DNA from: a bacterium
GTDB taxonomy: Bacteria > UBA8248
Direction: 5' to 3'
Assembly (NCBI GenBank): GCA_965203325.1
Contig: OZ241875.1
Span: 1,792,001 to 1,856,000, forward strand
Length of the DNA stretch: 64,000 nucleotides
Position numbers and translations under genes: made by a program. The notes under the pieces are model-generated. The model saw nothing but the letters and a program-made list of their open reading frames with translations, did no database searches and was not told where the DNA came from. Shown in pieces: positions 47,841 to 59,252 of this stretch. The stretch's first letter is position 1. Every line of letters begins with the position of its first letter.

Positions 47841-50800
47841 TTGCACGACTCAATCCGTGAACTTCAATCAATTTTTCTTGAAGCAGACTCCGCTTGTCTT
47901 GAACGTTTGGCCGCCCATGCTCTCGGCTCTTTGCTCGGTGTACCCGTTCGGGTTGCCCGCTCCGGCGATCAGAGGGGTGGAGATGGTGGCACTTCAGGCA
48001 TCGATGGCCGTGAACTCGTCTTCGAAGCGCGTCGCTACAGTGACAAAACAAGGATTGACGAGCGCGGCATTCTCGGGGAGATCGAACAAGCAATAGACAG
48101 AAAGCCAGATCTTGAAGCCTGGATTCTGGTGACTACAAGGGAGGTTCGCGAACAAACCGAACAGGCTATGACACGAGCGGGACTGAAAAACGGGGTGGCT
48201 ACGGTCATTATTGATTGGCTACAACAACCGTTGCCGAAACTTGCTGCACTCGCTGCCAGTTGTCCGGAGTGTTTCAGGGCCGAGATTGGTGAAGGGTATG
48301 ATCATCTTCTGACAGAAATCGCTGCGATGCAGGGATACAAAAGGACGCTAAATGCCATCGAATCTGGACTCAATGGCTGGTTATTAGGTTACCAGGCAGT
48401 TCGTGACGCAAGTCATGCTCAAGTACGGGAGATTTGGGAATCACGTCAAAAAGCCAACGCAAGATTCGGTCAAAACGTAGCCGGTGGCACGAAAGAAGCG
48501 CACCACGTTCGCCGATCCGGACTGATAGATCGTCTGGATGCTTGGTCCAAAGCCGCCACTGGCGGCGAAGTGGGTGCACTGGTCGGTCTTGACGGCATGG
48601 GCAAGACCTGGGTTGCTATCGATTGGCTTCAGTCGAGACTTAATCAGCTACCGATAATTGTACTCGTTCCCTCATCCGCGATCGGAAATGGGATTGCCAG
48701 TCGCACCGATTTAATCAGGTTTATCGCACGCTATCTGCACGATATATCAGGAGTGCGCAACGAACCGTTCTGGGAGCAACGTGTTCGTCGGCTTTTGGCG
48801 CGTCCCCCGGAAGAGGGGCCCGCTTTCTTCCTGTTCTTCGACGGCCTTAACCAGCTTTCATCTTTTGACTGGCTTGGAATTTTCCGCCAACTCGAAGATG
48901 ATCCTTTTTACAAACGAACTCTTACTTTAATTTCCTCGCGCACTAGTTTCTACGAAGAACGTTTGAACGAATTACGCGCTCTGGTTGCAAATCCGGTTCG
49001 TATCGATATTGGCAAATACGATCTGGCACCCGGCGGCACTTTTGACCAGAAACTGGAACTAGCTGGCCTGTCCCGCGAGGAACTGTCCGATGAACTGATC
49101 GAACATGCGGCAGTGCCCCGACTATTCGACTTGGTGATTCAACTGAAAGACTCCCTTGGCAATGTTTCCGCAGTGACTGTGAATCGTCTTCTCTGGGCTT
49201 ATGGTGCATCGACCATTTCCACATCGACCGAAGGCGCATTCAGTGAGGATGGCTGGCGGCGGTTTATCATAGAACTTGCCGAAGAGCATCAGGACGCCAA
49301 TCGGAACTCCACGGTTCAACGCATCACGAATTTGAGCGAAGATGCGACCCTGACGCCGGATCGAATTTATCAACGTGTCTCTGGCGTAATCGACAGCATC
49401 TTCGCCAAACTCAGCGGAGATGGTGAACTCGTTTTTGACTCTGATTTCGTACATCATGTTTTGGGCCTTGCTTTGGTGAAACGAATGGAGCAGGCCGGGT
49501 CTGAAGTAGATGCTGCAATTGTTCTTGAAGAATTTATGGATCCCATCGCGGGCTATGACAGTCGAGCCGAAACCCTGTGCGCAGCTGTAAACATCTCGCT
49601 GTTGCGAGAAAATTCTCAACAACCGGAATGGCTGGGTACGTTATGCACTTTCTGGATCCAGACACAGAACCTGCCTGATGAACATATAAAGGAGTTGGGA
49701 GTCCTCGCTCCGGAACTTCTCACGCCACTGCTGGATGTGATCGAGGCGTCGGATGGTCATGCGCTCACCACGCCGAGGCATATCGCAATCAATGCGCTCG
49801 CCAGAGTCGACAAGAGCGACGGGAGCGTTGCACGGGAGATCGCCGAGCGTGGGGAACAGTGGCACAGGTTCATTTCCCTTGAAAATCACGGGTCCCTTGA
49901 AAATCACGGGAGCGACACCGATCAGGGCGAAAACTCTCCATATGGCCACCGCTGTAAACGGCTCAAGGAGCGTATAACCACCGCCGAGGCCGGAGAAGTG
50001 ACCGTTGCAGGACGTGTTTTCGAGATCGTGAAATACAGAGGTGATGATCTCGTTATCGCTGCCGCGCAGCTTCTCCAGGGTCGCCCTCTGGCTGACGCCA
50101 CCGAATTCTTTGTAACTGGCGCAATTCATCAAGCGATTGTTGGCGGTGGAACGGAACACGAATCCCAATCCTGGCTGAACGTTCTCAATACGGTCGATCC
50201 TGAGAAGGCGGCAGAAAGATTAAGGAGTGCATCGGAAATGGTGCGTGATCGCACACCCGAACTCGGGGTTCATGCCGACCTCAACAAGCGGACTGCGTCG
50301 CTTTTGCTTTGGCGAACCGGCTATGCGGAAGATGCCGAAAAGGCATGGGAGACTGACCCGAAGATCGACCACTGGTTCAGCTACGAGACGGACTACCTGG
50401 AAAACCCTGCGCGTTCTTTTTACTTTCGGCTTGAACGGCGACACGCCGCACAGGCGCTCCGGGACACAGGCCTCCCCATCATTCGCAGGACCGAGCGGGC
50501 GAAGGACGCCTTGCTGGATCCGAGTTTCGAAGTTCCGCCGGAATTCATTGATGAATTGATCTCGACCGGAGATGGGTTTGATTTTTCCCAGACAGCCACC
50601 GGACGAAATCGTACCAGTCACGATCTCGAATGGGAGCGACTCTCTCTCGCACTGGCGCGTTGCGCACCTAGCAAACTTGCGGAACTCGAACGCAAACGCC
50701 TGCTTGATATTTCTGACCGCGCCGCGGATCAGCGCTTTGGCGCGTCTCTCGTCGTGCCTGGCGCCATGCTTCTCGTGCGAAAAAACGAGAGCGCAGCGCT

Positions 50801-52520
50801 GCAGACATTACGGAATCGCGGGAATAGCGAACTGGACAGCGCCGAGTATACAACGCAGACCAACTTGCTGATCTCGGAAATTCAATGCAAATCTCCGGTG
50901 GCGCAAGTGCGAAGGATAATGGAATCGAGACTCGAAAAAATCGATTTGTATTTGGCCAGCGCCTGTGATCCACCTACCGAGCGTGAGATAGACCTCCTTC
51001 TTGACGAGTACGGCGACAATGAAGAGAAATTGAGACGGCTTGCCGGTATCCTCGGGGCTCATGATCTGACCTTGAGCGACCGGGCTTTAAATACCTTCTT
51101 CAACTTATTGAAACCCGGGGATGCCGATGCCGCATCGGGAGCGGTTTGGGTGCTTCTGGCGTCCAACGAACCAGTGCGTCTGGGCACCATGCTCGATGAT
51201 GCCGACTGGGCTTGGTCGCTCGAAAGGCACATCATGGAAAACCTTATGGGCTCGGTTGCGATTGCTGCATCGAACTTGGGCACCCCGTTCACGGAATATG
51301 CGCACAGGATCGCTCCAGCCAAGTTGCTTGAAACATTGTCACAGGAAGAACGGTCGCGCGAAGATGTGGAACTTGCGATCGCATTGTTGAATGGAGTTAT
51401 CTTCGGCGATTCCATAGAGCCGCCGGAACCCGGCGTCGCAATTTTCCACGAACAGGATAAGGTCGAAATAAAAGGCTACCAATGCACCATTGGGGACGTC
51501 TTGGGGGAAAACGAAAATCAGGACAACGTCGTGTATTTAGTGGAAAGACTCAATTCGCCCGAGAAATATAAGAAAAGAAGGCGCGAGATCGTCGATACCT
51601 ATAATCGTGAGGCCAAGGAAGCGAGGCGATCTGGTGCTCAACTCTATCGCGTGCATTTTACGGCGGAGAATTTCGAACCCGTTTTGAAACATTGCCCTCA
51701 TGCCGTAGAAACGTGGCTGAAAGGTCTCGAATCATCGTCGCCGGAATTCATAAGACGCGTTCGATTGGCTGAAGGCTTTTTTGTTGCCCTGTGCGAGACG
51801 CTTTTGAAGAACGACCCATCACGCGGCATACCTCTGTGGCGTTTCCTGAGGGAGAACCTGATTACCGGATTCATCGGTCGCGCCAGCATCGACAGGTTGG
51901 TGTATGCCCTGTTTACAGCACAACCCTGTGTAGAGGTGAACACCGTGCTGGAAGAAATTTACTGCATCGACGAAGCTCGAAACGATGGTGATCTAATGGA
52001 TTTGGTCATCGCGGCTCGTTTGTCGGGTAGAGTGGACTGGCTGCGACAAATGTTGAGCCGTGACACGGAGTCTTCCTGCCCGATGCATCGGCAACGCGCA
52101 GCTTTCCTGGAGCCGCTGTTGCTTTGCCCCGCTATTTCCGGAGACGAAGATTGGCCAGAGGGTCAGGCCGCCAGCGATTTCGACAACATTTGCGATCAGT
52201 CCTGGATGCTGGCTCAGCGCGAAGCCTTCGCCGTCCATTGGCTACGGAAATTTGCTGAAGCGGACACGGTTGAAAGCGCTCATGCATGCTGGCGTCTGTT
52301 CAAGGCTTGCGCTGACCGGCGCGCATGGCTTTGGATGAGGAACATATGTGAGTCTCATGCAACGCAGAATGAGCTTTTGGAAGCGATCAAGAAAAAGTTC
52401 ATCGAACAAGAAGAACACAATCTGAAGAATGCGATAGAAGAGAGCGAAAAATCCTGGTCCAACAATTTCGCGTGGCGCAGATATCCCAACTCACTTATGC
52501 CATGGCGTTCAACACCTTAA
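47841..52520 (+). CDS. Large STAND NTPase with N-terminal PD-(D/E)XK-like domain (Avs-like defence candidate)
   Basis: N-terminal SGDQRGGDGG..VFEARRY; Walker A GLDGMGKT; Walker B FFDGLNQ; long helical C-terminal region. TTG start uncertain. Confidence 0.7.
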   Translation: MHDSIRELQSIFLEADSACLERLAAHALGSLLGVPVRVARSGDQRGGDGGTSGIDGRELVFEARRYSDKTRIDERGILGEIEQAIDRKPDLEAWILVTTREVREQTEQAMTRAGLKNGVATVIIDWLQQPLPKLAALAASCPECFRAEIGEGYDHLLTEIAAMQGYKRTLNAIESGLNGWLLGYQAVRDASHAQVREIWESRQKANARFGQNVAGGTKEAHHVRRSGLIDRLDAWSKAATGGEVGALVGLDGMGKTWVAIDWLQSRLNQLPIIVLVPSSAIGNGIASRTDLIRFIARYLHDISGVRNEPFWEQRVRRLLARPPEEGPAFFLFFDGLNQLSSFDWLGIFRQLEDDPFYKRTLTLISSRTSFYEERLNELRALVANPVRIDIGKYDLAPGGTFDQKLELAGLSREELSDELIEHAAVPRLFDLVIQLKDSLGNVSAVTVNRLLWAYGASTISTSTEGAFSEDGWRRFIIELAEEHQDANRNSTVQRITNLSEDATLTPDRIYQRVSGVIDSIFAKLSGDGELVFDSDFVHHVLGLALVKRMEQAGSEVDAAIVLEEFMDPIAGYDSRAETLCAAVNISLLRENSQQPEWLGTLCTFWIQTQNLPDEHIKELGVLAPELLTPLLDVIEASDGHALTTPRHIAINALARVDKSDGSVAREIAERGEQWHRFISLENHGSLENHGSDTDQGENSPYGHRCKRLKERITTAEAGEVTVAGRVFEIVKYRGDDLVIAAAQLLQGRPLADATEFFVTGAIHQAIVGGGTEHESQSWLNVLNTVDPEKAAERLRSASEMVRDRTPELGVHADLNKRTASLLLWRTGYAEDAEKAWETDPKIDHWFSYETDYLENPARSFYFRLERRHAAQALRDTGLPIIRRTERAKDALLDPSFEVPPEFIDELISTGDGFDFSQTATGRNRTSHDLEWERLSLALARCAPSKLAELERKRLLDISDRAADQRFGASLVVPGAMLLVRKNESAALQTLRNRGNSELDSAEYTTQTNLLISEIQCKSPVAQVRRIMESRLEKIDLYLASACDPPTEREIDLLLDEYGDNEEKLRRLAGILGAHDLTLSDRALNTFFNLLKPGDADAASGAVWVLLASNEPVRLGTMLDDADWAWSLERHIMENLMGSVAIAASNLGTPFTEYAHRIAPAKLLETLSQEERSREDVELAIALLNGVIFGDSIEPPEPGVAIFHEQDKVEIKGYQCTIGDVLGENENQDNVVYLVERLNSPEKYKKRRREIVDTYNREAKEARRSGAQLYRVHFTAENFEPVLKHCPHAVETWLKGLESSSPEFIRRVRLAEGFFVALCETLLKNDPSRGIPLWRFLRENLITGFIGRASIDRLVYALFTAQPCVEVNTVLEEIYCIDEARNDGDLMDLVIAARLSGRVDWLRQMLSRDTESSCPMHRQRAAFLEPLLLCPAISGDEDWPEGQAASDFDNICDQSWMLAQREAFAVHWLRKFAEADTVESAHACWRLFKACADRRAWLWMRNICESHATQNELLEAIKKKFIEQEEHNLKNAIEESEKSWSNNFAWRRYPNSLMPWRSTP

Positions 52521-52796
52521 GTCTGGCGATGTCGCGCGTTCTCGAATGAACGATTTCAATCCAAATATCAATATCTTGAAATCTTGTTAATCATTAGGTT
52601 ATAAGCTTTTGAGGCGATAGTTTCAGGGTTGGAGTATCATTGCCGGATATAAATTGATAGTTCGGTTCACTCGGCAGCCTTGGGCATGCCAGGGTAGCAG
52701 GGAGATATCGAGGCTCTGCTCGTAAATAAGCGTGAGCAGATACGGTTTCAAGGATATAGAAACCGTCAATCTGCTATTGAGTAAAAATACTCATGA

Positions 52797-54089
52797 ATGT
52801 ATCATGTGAGTATGAGTATCTATGAGCGTGAACAGAAATCGACGCTTCTCCAACGCCTAGACGAGGAACCCCGACGGCTGATCGTCGTCACCGGACCACG
52901 CCAGACGGGCAAGACCACGCTCGTCCGGCAGGTTCTGGATCGGATCGACCGGCAGTTTCGTTATCTGCCGGTCGACGAACCTGAACGGGTTACGCTCCCT
53001 CCCGTTCCAGGCACTGGAGGCGACACGACTGCGTTCCCGGAACAAGCTGCAGTCCCCTTTGCCGACGAAAGAGACACGCGGTGGCTGGTGCGTCATTGGG
53101 AACGTGCCCGGATGGATGCCGGCCGCTCGGAACGAGGCTTTGTTCTGGCGATCGACGAGGTCCAGAAAATCCCCAACTGGTCGGAAACGGTCAAGGGGCT
53201 GTGGGACGCGGACAGGCGTCATGGCCGTCCTCTCCATGTGATTCTCCTTGGTTCTGCACCTTTGCTCATGCAGAGGGGAATGAGCGAGAGCCTGGCCGGC
53301 CGGTATGAAACGATTCACCTCACTCATTGGTCATTCGCTGAAATGTCGGCGGCATTCGATTTTGACCTTTCGCATTATATCTATTTCGGGGGCTATCCGG
53401 GCGCCGCATCTCTCGTTCGCGAACAGGAGCGCTGGCGCGCATACATCGTTGGCTCTCTTATCGAACCGAACATCGAGCGCGACATTCTCGCCATGCAGCG
53501 AGTGGACAAGCCAGCGCTGCTGAAACGGCTGTTCGAACTCGGCGCCGAATATTCCGGGCAGATTCTGTCCTATAACAAGATGCTCGGCCAGCTCCAGGAC
53601 GCCGGCAACACGACGACCCTGGCGCGCTATCTGGACCTGCTGTCGGACGCCGGTCTCATCACGGGCCTCTCCGGGTACGCGCGCGGCGCTCACCGGCGCA
53701 GGGCTTCGAGTCCAAAGCTCAACGTGCTCAACACCGGGCTCATGTCGTCTCAGTCCGGCTACACGTTCGAGGAAGCGCGAGCCGATCGGAGTTTCTGGGG
53801 TCGTCTGGTCGAAAGCGCGGTCGGCGCGCACCTGTTCAACACGAAAACCCCCGAAGTCCGCCTTCATTTCTGGCGGGACAGAAACCGCGAGGTGGACTTC
53901 GTTCTGGAGCGCGGACGGAGGCTCGTCGCTTTCGAGGTGAAGAGCGGCCTGCGTCGATCGAGCATGAGCGGGCTCGGGGAATTCGGAGAGCGGTTCGACG
54001 TTATAGCCTCGATTGTCGTCGGCGAGGGTGGTGTCCCGCTTTCTGAGTTTCTGTCGATCCCCGCTGGAGAATGGTTCGAAAGCTCATGA
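52797..54089 (+). CDS. AAA_14 ATPase with DUF4143 C-terminal domain
   Basis: GPRQTGKTT, IDEVQK, LGSA, ESLAGR, GGYP, EVDFV..FEVKSG. Confidence 0.9.
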   Translation: MYHVSMSIYEREQKSTLLQRLDEEPRRLIVVTGPRQTGKTTLVRQVLDRIDRQFRYLPVDEPERVTLPPVPGTGGDTTAFPEQAAVPFADERDTRWLVRHWERARMDAGRSERGFVLAIDEVQKIPNWSETVKGLWDADRRHGRPLHVILLGSAPLLMQRGMSESLAGRYETIHLTHWSFAEMSAAFDFDLSHYIYFGGYPGAASLVREQERWRAYIVGSLIEPNIERDILAMQRVDKPALLKRLFELGAEYSGQILSYNKMLGQLQDAGNTTTLARYLDLLSDAGLITGLSGYARGAHRRRASSPKLNVLNTGLMSSQSGYTFEEARADRSFWGRLVESAVGAHLFNTKTPEVRLHFWRDRNREVDFVLERGRRLVAFEVKSGLRRSSMSGLGEFGERFDVIASIVVGEGGVPLSEFLSIPAGEWFESS

Positions 54090-57000
54090 AACATTTCGTC
54101 GCGCGCACATGCGCTGAGATTCCAGAAGGCGATTCTCGGGACGAATCGAAAAATCCCTCTCTGCCTCTTAAGGGTTTTCGGGAAACCAATGCTTTCGTCC
54201 TGCTTGGCGCTCCCGGCGCTGGTAAGTCAACGGTGTTCAGGCGGGAAGCCGAGCGTACGGGCGGGTGCTACGTTACCGCGCGCGACTTCACGACGTTCGA
54301 CGACAAACCGGAATGGCGCGACACCGTAATATATATCGACGGGCTCGACGAAACCCGCGCGGGGTTGGCCGATGGGCGCACACCGCTCGACAGCATCCGC
54401 GCCAAGCTCGATCGCCTCGGACATCCCAGGTTTCGCCTATCCTGCAGAGAAGCGGACTGGTTCGGAGCCAACGACAGGGATAGTCTGAAGGCCGTATCGT
54501 GCGACGGCAAGGTCACGGTGTTGCGCCTCGACCAGCTATCCGATGAAGCTATCCGCGAGATTCTCCCCTTCTTCGGGGTCGAAGATGTGGATGGGTTCAT
54601 CGTATCGGCTCGCGAGAAGGGAATAGATGGTCTGCTCCCAAACCCCCAAAGCCTGAAGATGTTGGCGAAGGCGGTCGCAGATCACGGTGTTTGGCCCGAA
54701 ACGCGGATGCAAACGTTCGATATGGCCTGCCAGACTTTGCTCAAAGAGCACAATCGAGATCACCAAATAGCAGAACCGAACCTCGTCGATATTCCCCGAT
54801 TGATGGACGCCGCGGGACGGCTTTTCGCGGTACAACTTCTGACTGGTGTCGCGGGGTACACACTGCCCGGCTGCGAGAACGCTCCCGATTTCCTCGAGCT
54901 GGAACGGATACCCGACGAGGCTCCGCAAATTCTTCTTGGCGCATTGCGCACCAAGCTGTTCGAGGCACCGTCCGAGGGACGTGTAACCCTAGTTCATAGG
55001 CAGACCGCCGAGTTCCTCGCAGCAAAATACCTCTCGAAGCTCATTGAAAACGGACTACCGACCAAGCGGGTTCTCGCCCTGGTGACGGGGTACGACGGCG
55101 GCGTCGTGTCGGAGTTGCGCGGCCTTTCCGCCTGGCTCGCGGCGCACAGCAAGACCAGCCGGAAAGAGATCGTGCAACGCGACCCGCTGGGAACAGTCCT
55201 CTACGGCGACGTGCGGGAGTTCTCCGTCGATGAGAAGCGCCGGGTCCTGGACTGTCTGGCTCGGGAGGCGAAGAGGAATCCCTGGTTTGTCAGGGCAATC
55301 CAGATGGATTCACGACTCAGGGATCTCGTCTCTCCCGAGATGGAAGCTGTATTCAAAGAGATATTGACCGATCCGGCGCGAGACGACGCGCGGCAATCCT
55401 TTGCTCTCATCTTGATTGAATCGCTCAGGCATGGACAACCCCTTCCGGGACTTTCCGGGTCGATAATGAGGCTGCTCAGGGACGACACTTGGTGGCCCAG
55501 AATCAGGTTCAGCGCCGTGAAAGCATTTGTCCGGCACAGGCAAGACAGCGGGAAGGTTTTCGCCGAACTCGAACTGCTGGCCTCGGACATTTATGCCGGA
55601 CGAGTACCGGATCCCGATGACGATCTGCTGGGCTGCCTGTTGAACGAACTCTATCCTGCAAAATTGTCCGTACCCGAAATACTGCAATATCTACGGGCAC
55701 CTCGAAACCCTTCATATCCCGGTATATACGAATTGTTCTGGACCAGCCGGGTTCCGAAGAACTCGACAAGCGCTCAACTCGCCGAGTTTCTCGATTTGAG
55801 CGTCGAGCAATTCGAGCAATTGCGCCCGGTGTTCGCAGGTTCTCGGGGCCAGATCAATTTTCTGGGTAAGGCGCCGGGTGTGTGGTTGAAGCGCTTTCTC
55901 GAAACATCGCCAGAGCACGTTTCTCCGGATCGCCTCTTCGATTGGCTCGGGGTTGTATCGGAGCCCGATTTGCGGGTTTTGGGGGAGAACGTTAAATTTT
56001 TTCACCGGTGGTTGAGCAGCAATCCCGGCGTGCTGAAGGAACTGTTCCTAATGGGTTTGAAACATTGCACTGACTCGGAGAATTTTCACGTTCGCATGAA
56101 CATGGTGGAGCGTCGGTTCTTTGGAGCCGTACTACCGTCGGATTTCGGGTCCTGGTGCCTTGAGCAGGCCATTGCCTCCAAAAACCACGACAAGGCAGCC
56201 TGGTTCATGCGAAAGGCTGCGCATTCCGTGCGCTATCCCAGCGAAGATGAAAATTTTTCACAGAAAATTGTCGAGAGCCACCTTGCCGGGAATGCTGCTC
56301 TTAAGGACATTTGGCTGGCTGCTCTTCAACAGGTCAATGAGATCGATGTACGGGAAAGAAATATTCAAGAGGAGCATAAAAGCGAAAAGAGGCAACGCCG
56401 GAGACAATGGCGAGAGCGTGTGAAGGCGCACGAAGCGGCCTTGCGAGAAAATCGTGCTCTGCCGGCGCTGTTGCATGAATTGGCGCAGGTCTATTTCGGC
56501 CGCTTCATTGACGTTGAGGGTGATACCCCACAGGACCGACTTCGAGATTTCTTGGGCGACGACAAACGCTTGATCGGAACCGTCCTGGAAGGCTTGCGCG
56601 TATCGGTAGGGCGGAGCGACGTTCCGGATGTTGCCGAGATCATACGTCTTGAGGCCGCTAACCAGCGCCACTACCTAGCCCTTCCATTCCTGGCCGGATT
56701 GGAAGAGATCGCCAGGATTACGCCAGCAGGTGATCTCCCGCTCAACGAAAAGCAAATGCGTCAAGCCTTCGCCTTCCTGTACGCCGAACCTCAGGAACTG
56801 ACATCAGGCTGGTACGAGCGGGCGTCGATATTCCACCCGGAGGCGGCGGCCGATGTTCTTGTTCGAGCAGTCCGGGCGGAAATGCGGCGCGGTAATAGCT
56901 CTTTCTCCGGCGCATATCGTCTTGATGAAAGCAAGGAGGTCGCCCGTCTGGCGGTCCTTCCCTTACTGGAATTATTCCCCGTACGTTGCACGACGCTGCA

Positions 57001-58102
57001 ACTCGAAGTACTTGCTTACTTGTTAAAAACCGCGCTTCTCCATTGTGAAAAAACACCACTCTTGGAACTGATCTACGGGAAACTTGCTCATCGAAGCATG
57101 AACGTGGCCCAGCGAATCTACTGGCTGGCTATCGGGTTCCTTATTTCGCCCGGCTCGTATCGCGAGAAGCTGGAATCATGTGTCGCTGGAGGAGATGAGC
57201 GTAGGGTTCGGCATTTGGCGAATATCATCTGCCGGAATGATCTCCCTACAGCGCTAATCAACCGCCTTGTGGTTCAGGAACTCGATCTTTTGATCCGACT
57301 GCTCGGACCCTCCTATAATCATTCTCTTTCACCCTTGGGAGCGAAGGCGAACCAGATACAAGGATTCATAAATCAACTGGCCTCCGTCCCTTCCCAAGCC
57401 GCCACGGAAGCGCTCAAAGCGCTATCGTCCGAGGAAAATCTGCGCTCTTGGCGTTCCTATCTCATTGACGCGGCATACAGACAGAATGCGGTCCGGCGCG
57501 AAGCCTCTTTTCGCCATTGCGATTTCGGCCAGGTGCTTGAGACGCTCGAAAGCGAGAGACCGGCGAACGCCGCCGATCTGGCTGCGCTGACACTTGAATA
57601 TTTGCGCGAGATCGCTCAAACGATTCGCCACGGCAACACGTCCGATTGGCGTCAGTATTGGAGCGGAACCCCGGACAATCACCCAAGACCGGAAAACTTT
57701 TGCCGCGATGCGCTACTATCGGATTTGCGCCAGAAGTTGTCACGGTTGGGTATCGATGCCCAGCAGGAAGGCTATTATGCCGATGACAAGCGGTCGGACA
57801 TTCGCGTTTCCTATGGTGATTTCAATGTTCCAATAGAGATCAAAAGAAGTTGTCATCGCGAGCTATGGAGCGCGATCAAGACGCAGTTAATCGCCAAGTA
57901 TGCCCGGGACCCGGATACGGATGGCTATGGAATTTATGTTGTATTCTGGTTCGGAGACACGGCACATTGCCGACCAACGCCGGGAGAGGGAGCTTCACCG
58001 AAGAGTACCGAAGAAATCGAAAAGCGTCTGCGCAGCACACTATCTACCGACGAGAGACTCAAGATTTCGATTTGCATAATCGATGTCTCTGAGTCTGGCT
58101 AA
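54086..58102 (+). CDS. NACHT/STAND-like NTPase with C-terminal PD-(D/E)XK nuclease
   Basis: ATG 54086 overlaps upstream TGA; LGAPGAGKST, YIDGLDE, LSCREADW, NPQSL; C-terminal ENFCRD..EG.YADDKRSDI..PIEIKR. Confidence 0.8.
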   Translation: MKHFVARTCAEIPEGDSRDESKNPSLPLKGFRETNAFVLLGAPGAGKSTVFRREAERTGGCYVTARDFTTFDDKPEWRDTVIYIDGLDETRAGLADGRTPLDSIRAKLDRLGHPRFRLSCREADWFGANDRDSLKAVSCDGKVTVLRLDQLSDEAIREILPFFGVEDVDGFIVSAREKGIDGLLPNPQSLKMLAKAVADHGVWPETRMQTFDMACQTLLKEHNRDHQIAEPNLVDIPRLMDAAGRLFAVQLLTGVAGYTLPGCENAPDFLELERIPDEAPQILLGALRTKLFEAPSEGRVTLVHRQTAEFLAAKYLSKLIENGLPTKRVLALVTGYDGGVVSELRGLSAWLAAHSKTSRKEIVQRDPLGTVLYGDVREFSVDEKRRVLDCLAREAKRNPWFVRAIQMDSRLRDLVSPEMEAVFKEILTDPARDDARQSFALILIESLRHGQPLPGLSGSIMRLLRDDTWWPRIRFSAVKAFVRHRQDSGKVFAELELLASDIYAGRVPDPDDDLLGCLLNELYPAKLSVPEILQYLRAPRNPSYPGIYELFWTSRVPKNSTSAQLAEFLDLSVEQFEQLRPVFAGSRGQINFLGKAPGVWLKRFLETSPEHVSPDRLFDWLGVVSEPDLRVLGENVKFFHRWLSSNPGVLKELFLMGLKHCTDSENFHVRMNMVERRFFGAVLPSDFGSWCLEQAIASKNHDKAAWFMRKAAHSVRYPSEDENFSQKIVESHLAGNAALKDIWLAALQQVNEIDVRERNIQEEHKSEKRQRRRQWRERVKAHEAALRENRALPALLHELAQVYFGRFIDVEGDTPQDRLRDFLGDDKRLIGTVLEGLRVSVGRSDVPDVAEIIRLEAANQRHYLALPFLAGLEEIARITPAGDLPLNEKQMRQAFAFLYAEPQELTSGWYERASIFHPEAAADVLVRAVRAEMRRGNSSFSGAYRLDESKEVARLAVLPLLELFPVRCTTLQLEVLAYLLKTALLHCEKTPLLELIYGKLAHRSMNVAQRIYWLAIGFLISPGSYREKLESCVAGGDERRVRHLANIICRNDLPTALINRLVVQELDLLIRLLGPSYNHSLSPLGAKANQIQGFINQLASVPSQAATEALKALSSEENLRSWRSYLIDAAYRQNAVRREASFRHCDFGQVLETLESERPANAADLAALTLEYLREIAQTIRHGNTSDWRQYWSGTPDNHPRPENFCRDALLSDLRQKLSRLGIDAQQEGYYADDKRSDIRVSYGDFNVPIEIKRSCHRELWSAIKTQLIAKYARDPDTDGYGIYVVFWFGDTAHCRPTPGEGASPKSTEEIEKRLRSTLSTDERLKISICIIDVSESG

Positions 58103-58189
58103 TCTGCCCCGACTCATTTGCGGCTCTCCCTGTGCCTGTAGTTTTCCATATTGGGTCAGTGTCATGTAGGCGTATGAGGTCTCGCGCTC

Positions 58190-59010
58190 ACGCCCGGTAT
58201 GTCGGTGGAGGTGAACATCTCAACCGGCCCGGCACAGACTTGCCTAGATGCGCAAGAGTTATAAGTCATCCGCTTCCGTTTCGATTACATGCCGCAGAAA
58301 GCGGATCACGAACGGGAGCAGGAACAATGCATATTTCCCAATGATATCAACGGATAGCGGAATCTCCCCACCGCTGGTACCCACCCACTGCCTGAAAACG
58401 GGCGAAACCCGTGCCGCTTCGTGCAAAAGTATAAGGGGAAGATACGGGAGAAGTTCCTTACCGACGATGAGTTCCACCGGCTGGGCCAGGTAATGAACGA
58501 AATCGAGGCTGACGGCTCGGAAACGCTGTCAGCTCTGACCAGCCATCCGCCTGCTTATGCTGACTGGCTGTCGGCCTAACGAGTTCCAGACGCTACGCTG
58601 GGAGAACGTGAACCTGGAAGTGCCGAGTTGCGCCTTCCGAATACTAAGATTGGAGCGCGGTTGGTTCCTCTCTGCTGCGCGGCCGTCAGCGTACTCACCG
58701 CTTTCCCACGTCCAGACGGCAATCCTGGATCATCATCGGCAAGAAGCCTAGTGCCCATCTAGCCAATCTTCTAGCATCCCTAGCGTAGCAACCGCGCCGT
58801 ACTGGCCTCCACGATGTGTCGATTCATGATCTACGACATAGTTTCGCTTAGTGGGCTTTTGCATTCGGCCAGATCCTTCATATGATGCCTGCTCCACGGT
58901 CACACTCAGGGACTGACCAACGTACACTACGCGCACTTGACGAACGAGCCGGTAAAGGCGTCTGATTCCCGCGTCGGCGACAGCATCGGTAACCATATCC
59001 TTGCCGCAGG
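58190..59010 (+). pseudogene. Frameshifted tyrosine integrase
   Basis: Pieces in different frames: NPCRFVQKYK..EKFLTDDEFHRLG; AIRLLMLTGCRPNEFQTLRWE; GLHDVSIHDLRHSFA followed by a stop. Ends approximate. Confidence 0.8.
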
Positions 59011-59252
59011 TTTTATTTCCTGGGTGGCGCGGCGTTACCGCGCGCAAATAAACCTGTACTCGAATTCATTCGTTGTACCGGAGTGCTGATATTCCCGATC
59101 CGCAAACCCATGACCATTCATTTGTTTTACATATAGCGCTTGGCGAGCACTTGTGATAGGGAAGCTCGCGAGTCGCACACAGGTACAGACCAGGGTTTGG
59201 TAATCCCATGCAGCAAACGCCTCTGCCGCGCGTATAGACAAGGAGCCTTGCT

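Noticed and set aside
49876..49911. 18-bp in-frame tandem duplication (SLENHG x2) in the STAND gene
   Set aside because: Real, but a simple slippage duplication in a probable linker; no further structure.
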